DNA from: Mobula hypostoma
Lineage: Eukaryota
Direction: 5' to 3'
Assembly (NCBI RefSeq): GCF_963921235.1
Contig: NC_086097.1
Location: forward strand, 243,290,001-243,354,000
DNA length: 64,000 nucleotides
Shown in pieces: positions 13,601-23,499 of the stretch. Below the pieces are notes generated by a model, which did not search any database, had not been told where the DNA came from, and saw only the letters and a list, made by a program, of their open reading frames with translations. Numbering within the stretch: position 1 is the first letter of the stretch; each line of letters begins with the position of its first letter. The translations under genes and the position numbers were made by a program.

Positions 13601-16600
13601 TGCCGGCGGCGGGGTGGAGGCGGATACGATTGGATCGTTTAAGAAACTCCTGGATGGATACATGGAGCTTAGAAAAACAGAGCGCTATGGGTAAGCCTAG
13701 GTAGTTCTAAAGTCAGGATGTGTTCGGCACAGCTTTGTGGGCTGAAGGGCCTGTATAGTGCTGTAGGTTTTCTATGTTTCTAATGGGGTTGAGAGAGATA
13801 ATAAATCAACTATGATGGAGCAGACTCAATGTGCTGATTTCTGCTCCTATGTCTTATAGTCTCATGGTCTTAGTATTCATTCGAAGGGAATTAGCAAGAG
13901 AAGAACTGCTTTTTAGCGAGTTAGGAGCCCATGCATAGATGGATCATTATCAAAGGGTCATTTTTCTGCCCATGATCAGAGCAGGCTCCAGACCTTTGAA
14001 CTTCCTTATTCTCCTTCACATATCATATCCCTCCACTTCCCACAAAAGCTCTGGCCTTGGTATGTTTGGATTTTCAGAAGGCCTTTGACAAGGTGCCACA
14101 TATGAGGCAGGTAGTGTTGAGGAAGCAGGTAGGCTACAGAAGGACTTCTACAGATGAGGAGAATGGACAAGAAAGTGGCATATGAAGTACAATGTTGGAA
14201 AATGCATGGTCATTAACTTTGGTAGAAGAAGTAAATATGAAGAAATAGAAGAAATTTGAGATGTAAAGGCACTTGAGAGTCCTCGTGCAGAGCACCGTAA
14301 AGTTTAACTTGTAGGTTGAGTTGGTGGTGAGGGAGGCAAATGCAAAGTTCACATTCATTTCAAGAGGTGTAGAATATAAGAACAGGGATGTGAAGCTGAG
14401 GCTTTATAAGGAATTCAGCAATGTGAGCAGTTTTGGGCTCCTTATCTAAGTAAGTATGTGCTGAGATTGGAGAGGGTTCAGAGGAATTTCACAAGGATGA
14501 TTCTGGGAATGAAAGGTTATCATAGAGGAACTTTTGATGGCTTTGGGCCTGTACTCGCTGGAATTTAGCAGGATGGGGGGTGGATCTCATTGAAACCTTT
14601 CAAATGTTGAAAAGCCTGGACAGAGTAGATGTGGAAAGGATGTTTCCCATGGTAGGGGAGTCTTGGACAAGAGGGCACTGCTTCAGGATAGAGGGACTAA
14701 ATGCAGAGAAATTTTTTTTAGCCAGAGGGTGATGAACTTGTGGAATTTATTACCATAAGCAGCTATGTATACTAAGTCTTTGGGTGTATTTAAGACAGAG
14801 CTTGATAGGTTCTTGATGGGACATGACATCAAAGGTTACAGAGAGAAGGCCAGGGAAGGAGGAGCGGAGTAATGATAGTGCTAAACTATTAAAGTTGCTG
14901 GTGAATGCAGCAGGCGAGGCAGCATCTCTAGGAAGAGGTACAGTTGACATTTCAGGCCGAGACCCTTCGTCAGGACTAACTGAAGGAAGAGCTAGTAAGA
15001 GATTTGAAAGTGGGAGGGGGAGGGGGAGATCCGAAATGTTAGGAGAAGACAGGAGGGGGAGGGATGGAGCCAAGAGCTGGACAGGTGATTGGCAAAGGGG
15101 ATATGAGAGGATCATGGGACCGGAGGCCCAGGGAGAAGCGGGGGGAGGAAACCCAGAGGATGGGCAAGGGGTATAGTCAGAGGGACAGAGGGAGAAAAAA
15201 GAGAGTGAGAGAAAGAATGTGTGTATATAAATAAATAACAGATGGGGTACGAGGGGGAGGTGGCGCATTAGCGGAAGTTAGAGAAGTCAATGTTCATGCC
15301 ATCAGGTTGGAGGCTACCCAGATGGAATATAAGGTGCTGTTCCTCCAACCTGAGTGTGGCTTCATCTTTATAGCAGAGGAGGCCGTGGATAGACATGTCA
15401 GAATGAGAATGGGATGTGGAATTAAAATGTGTGGCCACTGGGAGATCCTGCTTTCTCTGGCGGACAGAGCGTAGGTGTTCAGCAAAGCAGTCTCCCAGTC
15501 TGCGTCGGGACTCGCCAATACATAGAAGGCCACATCGGGAGCACCGGACGCAGTATATCACCCCAGCCGACTCAGAGGTGAAGTGTCGCCTCACCTGGAA
15601 GGACAGTCTAGGGCCCTGAATGGTGGTGAGGGAGGAAGTGTAAGGGCATGTGTAGCACTTGTTCCGCTTACAAGGATAAGTACCAGGAGGGAGATCAGTG
15701 GGAAGGGATGGGGGAGGACGAATGGACAAAGGAGTCGTGTAGGGAGCGATCCCTGCGGAAAGCGGGGGGGGGCAGGGAAATATGTGCTTAGTGGTGGGAT
15801 CCCGCTGGAAGTGGCGGAAGTTACGGAGAATAATATGTTAGGCCCGGAGGCTGGTGGGGTGGTAGGTGAGGACCAGGGGAACCCTATTCCTAGTGGGGCG
15901 GCGGGAGGATGGAGTGAGAGCAGATGTGCGTGAAATGGGGGAGATGCATTTGAGAGCAGAGTTGATAGTGGAGGAAGGGAAGCCCCTGCAATTCCTTTGC
16001 TTGAATCTATGGGAACAGCTCTATTCCCATCTTTAATATCTTTATTTTTCCCTTTTAGGGGTCTCTTGAACCCTGACCTGGAGTTACACGTTGACTTTGG
16101 TTCTTTGTAGAAATGGGACCTGCTCTTGGGGTTCCATAACTGGCTGTTGTTTACCACGCCAAAAGTTCAGCTTTGGATCTCAGGGCTCTGGAGACAAGTG
16201 GATTGAGTATCGGTGTCATGGCAGGAGAACTGCGTGTCATCGGGAAAGTCGTTACATCTACAGCTGTGTGCCTGGAAACTCGTGATCTTTGAGATCTTCA
16301 GGCACAGTGCTCGAAAAAAGTGACATAATGGACTTGTAACATTGTAGACCAGTGAGTTGTTTGTTATATCTCCCCAGCCCCTGGGAAAATGGAGACACCT
16401 CCTTCTCCCTTATTAGGGAGAGAGAGAGCCTGTAGTATGTTGAATGCCGGGTGAAACGCAAAGTCTTTGGCGTAACTGCAAGTCTGTGACTTTGCTATTG
16501 CTTTGCTCACGCTTGAGTGCTTGGTGGAAGGTACTGATGCTTTTTTTTGCTGGTGGGGTGAGGGGAGATCATTGCTTCCTGCCGCTTACACGTGGGAGGG

Positions 16601-19600
16601 GACTTTGGGGTTCTAACACTTAACAGTTGTTCATTCTTTGGGGCACTCCTCTGTTTCCGTGGATGGTTGTGAAGAAAAAGCATTTCAGGATGTATATTGT
16701 ATACATTTCTCTAACATTAAATTGGACCTTTGAATCTTTGAATGGGGCTGTGGAGAGGAAAAAAAGATCAACCATGAATAAATGACCTAATTCTGTGTGC
16801 ACTTAGTTATAGTTAGATAGATATACTTAATTGATCCCGAGGGAACTTGTGTGGCCGGTAGACAAAACACTGTGGTTTGAGCAAAGTTTTTAAAATAGCG
16901 TTAATTGTGTGTAACACACATCAAAGTTGCTGGTGAACGCAGCAGGCCAAGCAGCATCTATAGGAAGAGGCGCAGTCGACGTTTCAGGCCGAGACCCTTC
17001 GTCAGGACTAACTGAAGGAAGAGTGAGTAAGGGATTTGAAAGCTGGAGGGGGAGGGGGAGATGCAAAATGATAGGAGAAGACAGGAGGGGGAGGGATGGA
17101 GCCAAGAGCTGGACAGGTGATAGGCAAAAGGGGATACGAGAGGATCATGGGACAGGAGGTCCGGGAAGAAAGACGGGGGGGGGGGGCGGGGTGACCCAGA
17201 GGATGGGCAAGAGGTATATTCAGAGGGACAGAGGGAGAAAAAGGAGAGTGAGAGAAAGAATGTGTGCATAAAAATGAGTAACAGATGGGGTACGAGGGGG
17301 AGGTGGGGCCTAGCGGAAGTTAGAGAAGTCAATGTTCATGCCATCAGGTTGGAGGCTACCCAGACGGAATATAAGGTGTTGTTCCTCCAACCTGAGTGTG
17401 GCTTCATCTTTACAGTAGAGGAGGCCGTGGATAGACATGTCAGAATGGGAATGGGATGTGGAATTAAAATGTGTGGCCACTGGGAGATCCTGCTTTCTCT
17501 GGCGGACAGAGCGTAGATGTTCAGCAAAGCGGTCTCCCAGTCTGCGTCGGGTCTCGCCAATATATAGAAGGCCATATAGGGAGCACCGGACGCAGTATAT
17601 CACCCCAGTCGACTCACAGGTGAAGTGATGCCTCACCTGGAAGGACTGTTTGGGGCCCTGAATGGTTAATTGTGTGTGATTGTTTTGAAAGAGCAGTGAT
17701 TTTCATCACTGATAATTGATGAGAAATGAGCAGTAAGAAAATTCAGAACATTTTGCTCACTGCAGTTTCAAGCATTCAGGCGTAGCCATCCCTGAAGCAG
17801 CTCGGAGTGAAAATAGAACTGTTTCACTACTTCAGCAGTTTATGAACCGCCAAGAACTTTAAAGTATTGACAGTCATCTTGAATGTTACACTAAAAATGA
17901 AGATGTGACGACAGTCCATTATCTGCACTAGGTGTCTGTACGGATTTTGTTCATTTACAGTCAAAAAAACGCGATGCAGAAGAATTCCTTCAAACGTAAA
18001 CATTCGGAAGTAACACACAGTGTATTGTATTACAAATTGTATTGTAATAGTATTGTTCTAATTTGTTCAATATTTCATTTAATTACATAATTTGTCACTC
18101 AGTTTGTCTTTTTATACCACCTTAACTATATCCGTGAAACCTCGGCTAATCGGGGCCTGATTCTGATTTTGATTGTGAACATAATCGACAAGAGTTACCC
18201 TTCTCTACTGGTGGGTCCAAGCACTCTGGGGATGATGCATTTCTTTTCTCGCAAGGATGGCATGTATTATCATGAGATGCATCTCCTTGAAGAGCTCGCT
18301 TCAGACCAAACAGTGAGCAGTTGGTGTGTTTTCGACAGGGTTCTGAGGCAGACTTGCTCCTGGAGAAGAAACCCTTTGGGCATAGCATGCACTCCGTATT
18401 GGTATAAGGTGTTCCTGGGGAGACAAAAAGAAGTTGGGAATTGTATTTATTTATTTATTCAGACAAACAGTGCGGAACAGGCTCTCCTTGTCCAATGGGC
18501 CATGCCACCCATCAGCCCAATCCCCTATTTAACCCAAGCCTAATCACAGGATAGCTTACAATGACCAACTCACCTACTAAATAGTACGCCTTTGGACTGT
18601 GGGAGGAAACCAGAGCATTCGGAGGAAACCCACGGGGTCACAGGAAGAACGTACAAATTCCTTACAGTAATTGAACTCTGAACTTCGAGGTCCTGAGCTG
18701 TAATAGCGTCGCCTTAACCGCTACACTACTGTGGTGCCCTACATGATACAGATAAAAAGTGCCCATTGATACTTACAACTGCATTTATAGTGGGAGTATA
18801 ATCCGTTCGTCCGTTATGTGCTGTGTCGCATGACGTGGGTGATCATGGTCTTTCCATGGCCAATTTCTCTACAGAAGTGGTTTGCCATTGCCTTCTTCTG
18901 GGCAGTGCCTTTACAAGACGGGTGACTCCAGCCATTATCAATACTCTTCAGAGATTGTCTGCCTGGCGTCAGTGGGCACATAACCAGGATGTGATATGCA
19001 CCAGCTGCTCAGACGATCGTCCACCGCCTGCTCCCATGGCTTGTTACCACGGGCAGCTATGTAGACTAGGTCTTTGAGTGTATTTAGGGTAGAGCTTGAT
19101 AGGTTCTTGATTGGACACGGCATCAAAGGTTACGGGAGAGTGCTAGGGAATGGGGCTGTGGAGGTGGAGAGGCTAAGCAGATTCTACACCTTGCCCAAGG
19201 GTGACCTGCAGGGTAGCAGAGGGAAGAATTTCCACCCTGTCACCCTATATATAACATTATAGTAATCATGGTTTTGCTTTTCAATAGGTTATAAGTTCAA
19301 TTAGAGGAGACATCAGGGGAAAGTTTTTTACGCAGAGTGGTGAGTGCGTGGAATGGGCTGCCGGTGGCAGTGGTGGAAACGATAGGGTCTTTTAAGAGAC
19401 GTCTGGATGGATACATGGAACTTAGCAAAATAGAGGGCTCTGGGTAAGCCTAGGTAGTTCTAAGGTAAGGACATGTTCGGCACAGCTTTATGGGCCGAAG
19501 GGCCTATATTGTGCTGTAGGTTTTCTATGTTTCTATGTTTCAATAAGGAAGTTTACAGAAGCTTTTCGTTCCAGATTCAGATTAATTTGTTTATCACATG

Positions 19601-20795
19601 TATATCAAAACAGATGCAGTGAAATGTATGGTTTACACGCAAAGATGCTGGAGTCAGCCTGCAGTGTTGGCACACATACTAGCACCTGCATAGCATGCCC
19701 AAAATGCTCCAGCATGTTGTTTGAATGCTAATGTGGGCTATGGGAATAGAGGCTATGATTGCTAGCCCCGTATTTCAAAATTTTATGCACCATACCTATC
19801 TAGGAGAGGCGTTGACAAATTTCCTCTGAAAAATTGTATGTTCCTTCCAAGTATGGAGCAGCCAGCTTCTCTGACAGAGAGCCTGCAGACATATAGCCAG
19901 GTGCCCCTATTAGGATGTTGTCAGGGAGATTTGCTAAGTGCAGTCTCTGAAAGGCGGCAGAGTACAGATGAACTGTGGAGACCGTCTGGTATGGGTATCA
20001 ACCTCTGCTTTAACTATACCCAATGATTTGGCCTCCGCAGCCATCTGTGGCAATAAATTCCACAGATTCATCACCCTCTGGCTAAAGAAATTCCTCCTCA
20101 ACTCTGTTTGAAAGGAACATCCTAGTATTCTGAGTCTGTGCCCTCTGGCCCTAGACTCCCCCACTACAGGAATCATCCTCTCCACATCCACTCTATTTAG
20201 GTCTTTCAATATTCAACAGGTTTCAATCAGCTCCCTCCTCGTTTTCCCAAACTCCAGTCAGTACCCTCTACATTCCCCCTTTCATTCCCGGAATCATTCT
20301 CCAGAGCTTCCTCTGTACCCTCTACAATGCCAGTACATCATTTAAAATGCTTATTAAACAGCAAAAGAAAACAAAGATGTTGAATATCAAAAGTTACTTA
20401 CCAAGCTTTTTAACACCAAAGCCCACTGGACATTCGTAGTGCTTTAGGCAAAATTCGAATTCAAAATAACGGCCTTCAACGCATTCGCAAACACGGTTGT
20501 GGGTGCCATTGCACTCGTGTTTAACAAACTGATACTCTTTGCAAAAGACGTTGCAATACTGACATTCATCTAGGGAGTTCCAGTATGCAGTGTAGTGAAA
20601 ATCTGGACAGGGGGCACATTCAGTCCTCTTTGACGAATTGCAATGAGCTTCCCGGTAGGTCCCAGGGGGGCATTGTTCACATATGTAAAACTGAGACAAC
20701 TCCTCATCCCAGTACTGGTAGAGACGACTGAAAGGGGACTGCAAGCTGTTCTGTGGTGATACCAGAGGAAGTAATAGAAGAGGTAGAATGAAGAG
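4329..20795 (-). CDS. TNFRSF11B-like: Secreted TNF receptor superfamily decoy (osteoprotegerin/DcR3-like), spliced CDS: join 20402-20795, 18199-18414, 4329-4657 (plus candidate ATG exon 36517-36519)
   Basis: Three exons with canonical AG/GT sites and compatible phases. The translation carries OPG-type motifs [37 protein letters not shown]...[13 protein letters not shown] and [12 protein letters not shown]. No transmembrane segment is present. Orthology to TNFRSF11B versus TNFRSF6B is not resolved. Confidence 0.9.
5515..6304. mobile_element. Non-autonomous hAT (Charlie-like) element
   Basis: TIRs cgggggtccccaacc / ggttggggatcgctg. Perfect 8-bp TSD ttatagag at 5507-5514 and 6305-6312. Confidence 0.85.
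5602..6174. mobile_element. Nested hAT MITE with TAGGGTTGCCAACT inverted repeats
   Basis: IR at 5637-5650 and 6161-6174. 8-bp TSD tgttcaag at 5594-5601 and 6175-6182. Confidence 0.8.
8060..9710 (+). mobile_element. Rex1/Babar-type LINE RT and 3' remnant, split by a CR1 insertion
   Basis: [16 protein letters not shown] and [14 protein letters not shown]...[14 protein letters not shown] motifs. Confidence 0.8.
8449..8904 (-). mobile_element. CR1 3' fragment
   Basis: ORFs 8596-8952 and 8544-8786. 9-bp TSD caagttaga at 8440-8448 and 8905-8913. Confidence 0.9.
11481..13781 (+). mobile_element. 5'-truncated CR1 LINE (EN end, RT, 3' tail), nested in an older CR1 3' end (about 11190-11480 and 13782-13870)
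   Basis: [25 protein letters not shown] and KFADNTK motifs, broken by stops and frameshifts. Tail ttctatgtttct; aatgg duplicated at the junctions. Confidence 0.9.
14060..14870 (+). mobile_element. Degraded CR1 3' fragment
   Basis: [11 protein letters not shown] remnant and C-terminal motifs with deletions. Confidence 0.7.
14888..15990 (-). mobile_element. Penelope-like retroelement 3' part with GIY-YIG endonuclease and pLTR
   Basis: ORF 15268-15729 has a Cys-rich linker CKRNKCYTC, then VIYCVRC...[10 protein letters not shown]...FAEH...LQPDGMN. Hammerhead motif at 14942-14977. Confidence 0.9.
16913..17664 (-). mobile_element. Young 5'-truncated Penelope-like element (open GIY-YIG domain plus pLTR)
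   Basis: ORF 17310-17636 reads [24 protein letters not shown]. Perfect 13-bp TSD gttaattgtgtgt at 16900-16912 and 17665-17677. Confidence 0.92.
16974..17009 (-). ncRNA. Minimal type I hammerhead ribozyme motif (best-preserved copy)
   Basis: Minus strand reads AGTC-CTGACGA-AGGGTCTCGGCCT-GAAA-CG-TC-GACT: stem I AGTC/GACT, complete core, short stem II and palindromic ACGT stem III. Confidence 0.75.
18199..18414 (-). CDS. TNFRSF11B-like: Coding exon: end of CRD3, CRD4 and linker ([33 protein letters not shown]...PPVEK/D)
   Basis: Acceptor ctttttgtctccccag| at 18415; donor |GTAACT at 18198-18193. Length 216 nt, phase 1 to 1. Same boundary as the GTP..NT.C exon of OPG/DcR3. Confidence 0.92.
18460..18740 (-). 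mobile_element. HE1/V-SINE-like tRNA-derived SINE. Related copies at about 5130-5330, 9850-10120, 23050-23350, 32190-32400, 32955-33255, 38540-38700 and 46600-47040
   Basis: tRNA-like head followed by the conserved block gtgggtttcctccg..tgctctggtttcctcccacagtccaaag. Confidence 0.7.
18800..19230 (-). mobile_element. Unclassified SINE-like repeat with an RTE-like 3' end. Other copies at about 52075-52445, 21440-21550, 41030-41085 and 61880-61960
   Basis: Clear sequence similarity between the listed copies, e.g. gccattatcaatac..ttcagagattgtctgcc.ggcgtcagtgg and caccttgcccaagggtga.ctgcagg. Confidence 0.55.
19300..20340. mobile_element. Two CR1 3' fragments (about 19300-19540 +, about 19985-20340 -)
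   Basis: [18 protein letters not shown] motifs and ttctatgtttctatg tail. Confidence 0.75.
20402..20795 (-). CDS. TNFRSF11B-like: Coding exon: hydrophobic signal-peptide core plus CRD1-CRD3 ([45 protein letters not shown]...[11 protein letters not shown])
   Basis: Acceptor ctctctttatttttcttttcag| at 20796; donor |GTAAGT at 20401-20396. Length 394 nt, phase 0 to 1. TNFR cysteine spacing. Confidence 0.93.
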
Positions 20796-21005
20796 CTGAA
20801 AAGAAAAATAAAGAGAGCTGTAAAGTCCATCCTGATAAACTTTCAGCCAAAAAGATAGCTTCGTCGAATAAATCTAGACGACTGTAAAGTAAACATTCTG
20901 TTGAATTGTCACCAGTATGGTCATCAAGGGCAATTTCATGTACCCATATCAGTTTGCAGTTAAATTTATCTAGAGACATATCAAAATCAAAGTTCAAAGT
21001 TCAAA

Positions 21006-21231
21006 CGCAAACACGAGGAATTCTGCAGATGCTGGAAATTCAAGCAACACACATCAAAGTTGCTGGTGGAACGCAGCAGGCCAGGCAGCATCTCTAGGAA
21101 GAGGTATAGTCGACGTGTCAGGCCGAGACCCTTGTCCTGACGAAGGGTCTCGGCCTGACACGTCAACTGTACCTCTTCCTAGAGATGCTGCCTGGCCTGC
21201 TGCGTTCATCAGCAACTTTGATGTGTGTTGC
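21006..21231. mobile_element. Fold-back (inverted) Penelope pLTR insertion
   Basis: Arms 21042-21133 and 21143-21233 are near-perfect reverse complements. ttcaaagttcaaa lies on both sides (20993-21005 and 21232-21244). Confidence 0.85.
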
Positions 21232-23499
21232 TTCAAAGTTCAAAATACATTTATTATCCAACTATGTATGCCATATACCACCTTAAGATTTGTCTCCTAA
21301 CAGGCAGCCACAAAACAAAGAAACTCCAATGTGCAGAGAGAAAAAAAAAACAAATCATGCAAACAATAAACATATGCAAATATTCTGAACTGAAGTCCAC
21401 AAGGACAGCCTGTCCACATTCCCATAGTTCCATCCACCACCTGATTGGGGGACTAAGCAGGTGCTACACCTTGCCCAAGGGTGATCTGCAGGCTTGTGGA
21501 AGGAAGGAGCAGCATACACCTCCTTTGGTAGAAACATATCCTCACCCCACCACTATAAATGTTAAGGGCAGCATCATCTCTGCTAATAGAACATAGAAAA
21601 TCTACAGCACATTACAGGCCTTTCAGCCCACAATGTTGTGCCGACCATGTAACCTACTCTAGAAGCTGCCTAGAATTTCCCTACCGCATAGCCCTCTATT
21701 TGTCTAAGCTGCATGTACCTATCAAGAGTCTCTTAAAAGACCCTATTGTATCCGCTTTTTTTGAGTGGGAGAGCATTATTGTTAGGTTAATAAAATATTG
21801 GATGACAATCCTTTAATTCTCAGAATTGGCTAGTCCAAAAGCAGTGATGAGGAGCTTGGACTCTGATCCCAGGTGATAATAAAGTAGATTTTCCAGTATC
21901 AAATCTCAACGTTTAATCCCTAAGGTGTGCAGGTATTTTATCTCATCTAACCCTTTTCCCATTCATTATTTATGAAAACTGATATGTGACTGTCAGATTA
22001 ACACTTGAACTGTAGGGAGGATGAAGATGCTGCCTGGATTAGAGAGTATGTCTTATGAGGGAAAGTTGAGTGAGCTCGGACGTTTCTCTTTGCAGTAAAG
22101 GGGAATGAGATGACTTGGTGGACAGGTACAAGATAAAAAGAGGCATAGATGGAGTGGATAGCCGGATACCTTTTCCCAAAGTGGAATTGGCTAATAGAAA
22201 GGGGCAAAATTTTAAGGTGATTGAAGTAATGTATTTGGAGGGAGTAGGCTTTTTAGACCAAGAGCTGTGGGTGCTTGGAATATCCTGCCAGGAGTGATGG
22301 TACAGCCAGGTACATTAGGGACATTTAATAACCTTTTGGATAGGTTCTTGGATGATGGAGGGTGATGTAGGAGGGAAGAGTTAAATTGGGTCAGCATAAC
22401 ATCGCTGGCTGAAGGGCCTGTATTGAGCTGTGTTCGTTCTGTGTTCTACGTTATCATCTAACCTTCCTATTGGTCTGACTTGTCATATACATGCATGCAC
22501 ATGTATGTTGGTGATGGGGGTGTGTGGGGGCGGGGGGTGGCTGGGAATGGGGGAGATTTGTTTGGAGGCATCAGAAATCCATGTAACTTGAATTATTTAA
22601 TTGGATGCCCAAAATGCTCTAATCACGGGTCCGAGTTTTGAGAATCTTACGTGTCACAGTGTTATTCAGCCAAGCCACTGATGTTCCATTGGAATTCTTA
22701 CGAATCATTTCTGGTCGCCTGTCTTTCCTCTGCACTTGGGTTCTGACATCACCAGCACACCTGGAGACAGAGATCTACTAGAGCAGGTCAAACGGAAGCC
22801 CTTCATTTGCAGGAGCACTGTCAACCAGGCTTGAGGTTGGTAAGATCTAAATTTGTAAGGACGTCAGAGATTACAGGGAGAAGGCACAAGAATGGGTTGA
22901 GAGGGAAAATAAATCAGCCATGATTAAATGGCGGAGCAGCCTCAATGGGCTGAATGGCCTAATTCTGCTCCTATATCTTACGTTATTATTGTCTAGTCTG
23001 GTACAGAGCAGCAGATTACTGAGATGGTTTGGAAGCAATATTATTTTTAAATGCATGAGCTTTATCTGTCACATGCAGTGAAATGTGTCATTTTGTGTCA
23101 ACGACTAGCTCAGCCTGAGGATTTTACCGGGGGCAGCCCACAAGCGCTGCCATGCTTTGGCGCCAACATGCCCGCAACTCACCAAGCCTAACCCTTATCT
23201 CTTTGGAATGTGGGGGGGCAACAGAGCACCCAGAGGAAACCCCACTTGGTCATGGGGAGGATGTACAAACTGCTCACAGGCAGTGATGTGGATTGAACAG
23301 AGTCGCCTGTACCGTAAAGCTTTGTGCTAACCGCTACACTACCTTGGCGCCCAATGTTTTTCAGTGCCTGGCATTGATAAGACTATCCAGTCCTGTCATC
23401 GTTGTATCACCGTGTTGTACGACTGTAAAGTAGTGCAGGCTTTCTTCCCTTGTGAAAGATAAGATAGACTGTGTAATTTCATCCATTCTGACCCAAGTT

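Noticed and set aside
14750..15268. Hydrophobic/Pro-rich ORFs containing SPDEGSRPE (also 3239-3598, 16890-17105, 30925-31311, 37643-38071)
   Set aside because: These are translations of the pyrimidine-rich Penelope pLTR. The recurring peptide is simply the hammerhead core sequence.
18146..18198. Read-through of exon 3 to a stop ([17 protein letters not shown]), suggesting a short CRD-only isoform
   Set aside because: A phase-compatible donor at 18198 matches the downstream exon. There is no evidence for intron retention.
20570..20830. [21 protein letters not shown]... looks like a signal peptide just upstream of the CRD exon
   Set aside because: It is out of frame with the CRDs, and its hydrophobicity comes from translating the polypyrimidine tract. 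A clean AG acceptor at 20796 explains the region. It would matter only if the assembly has an indel here.
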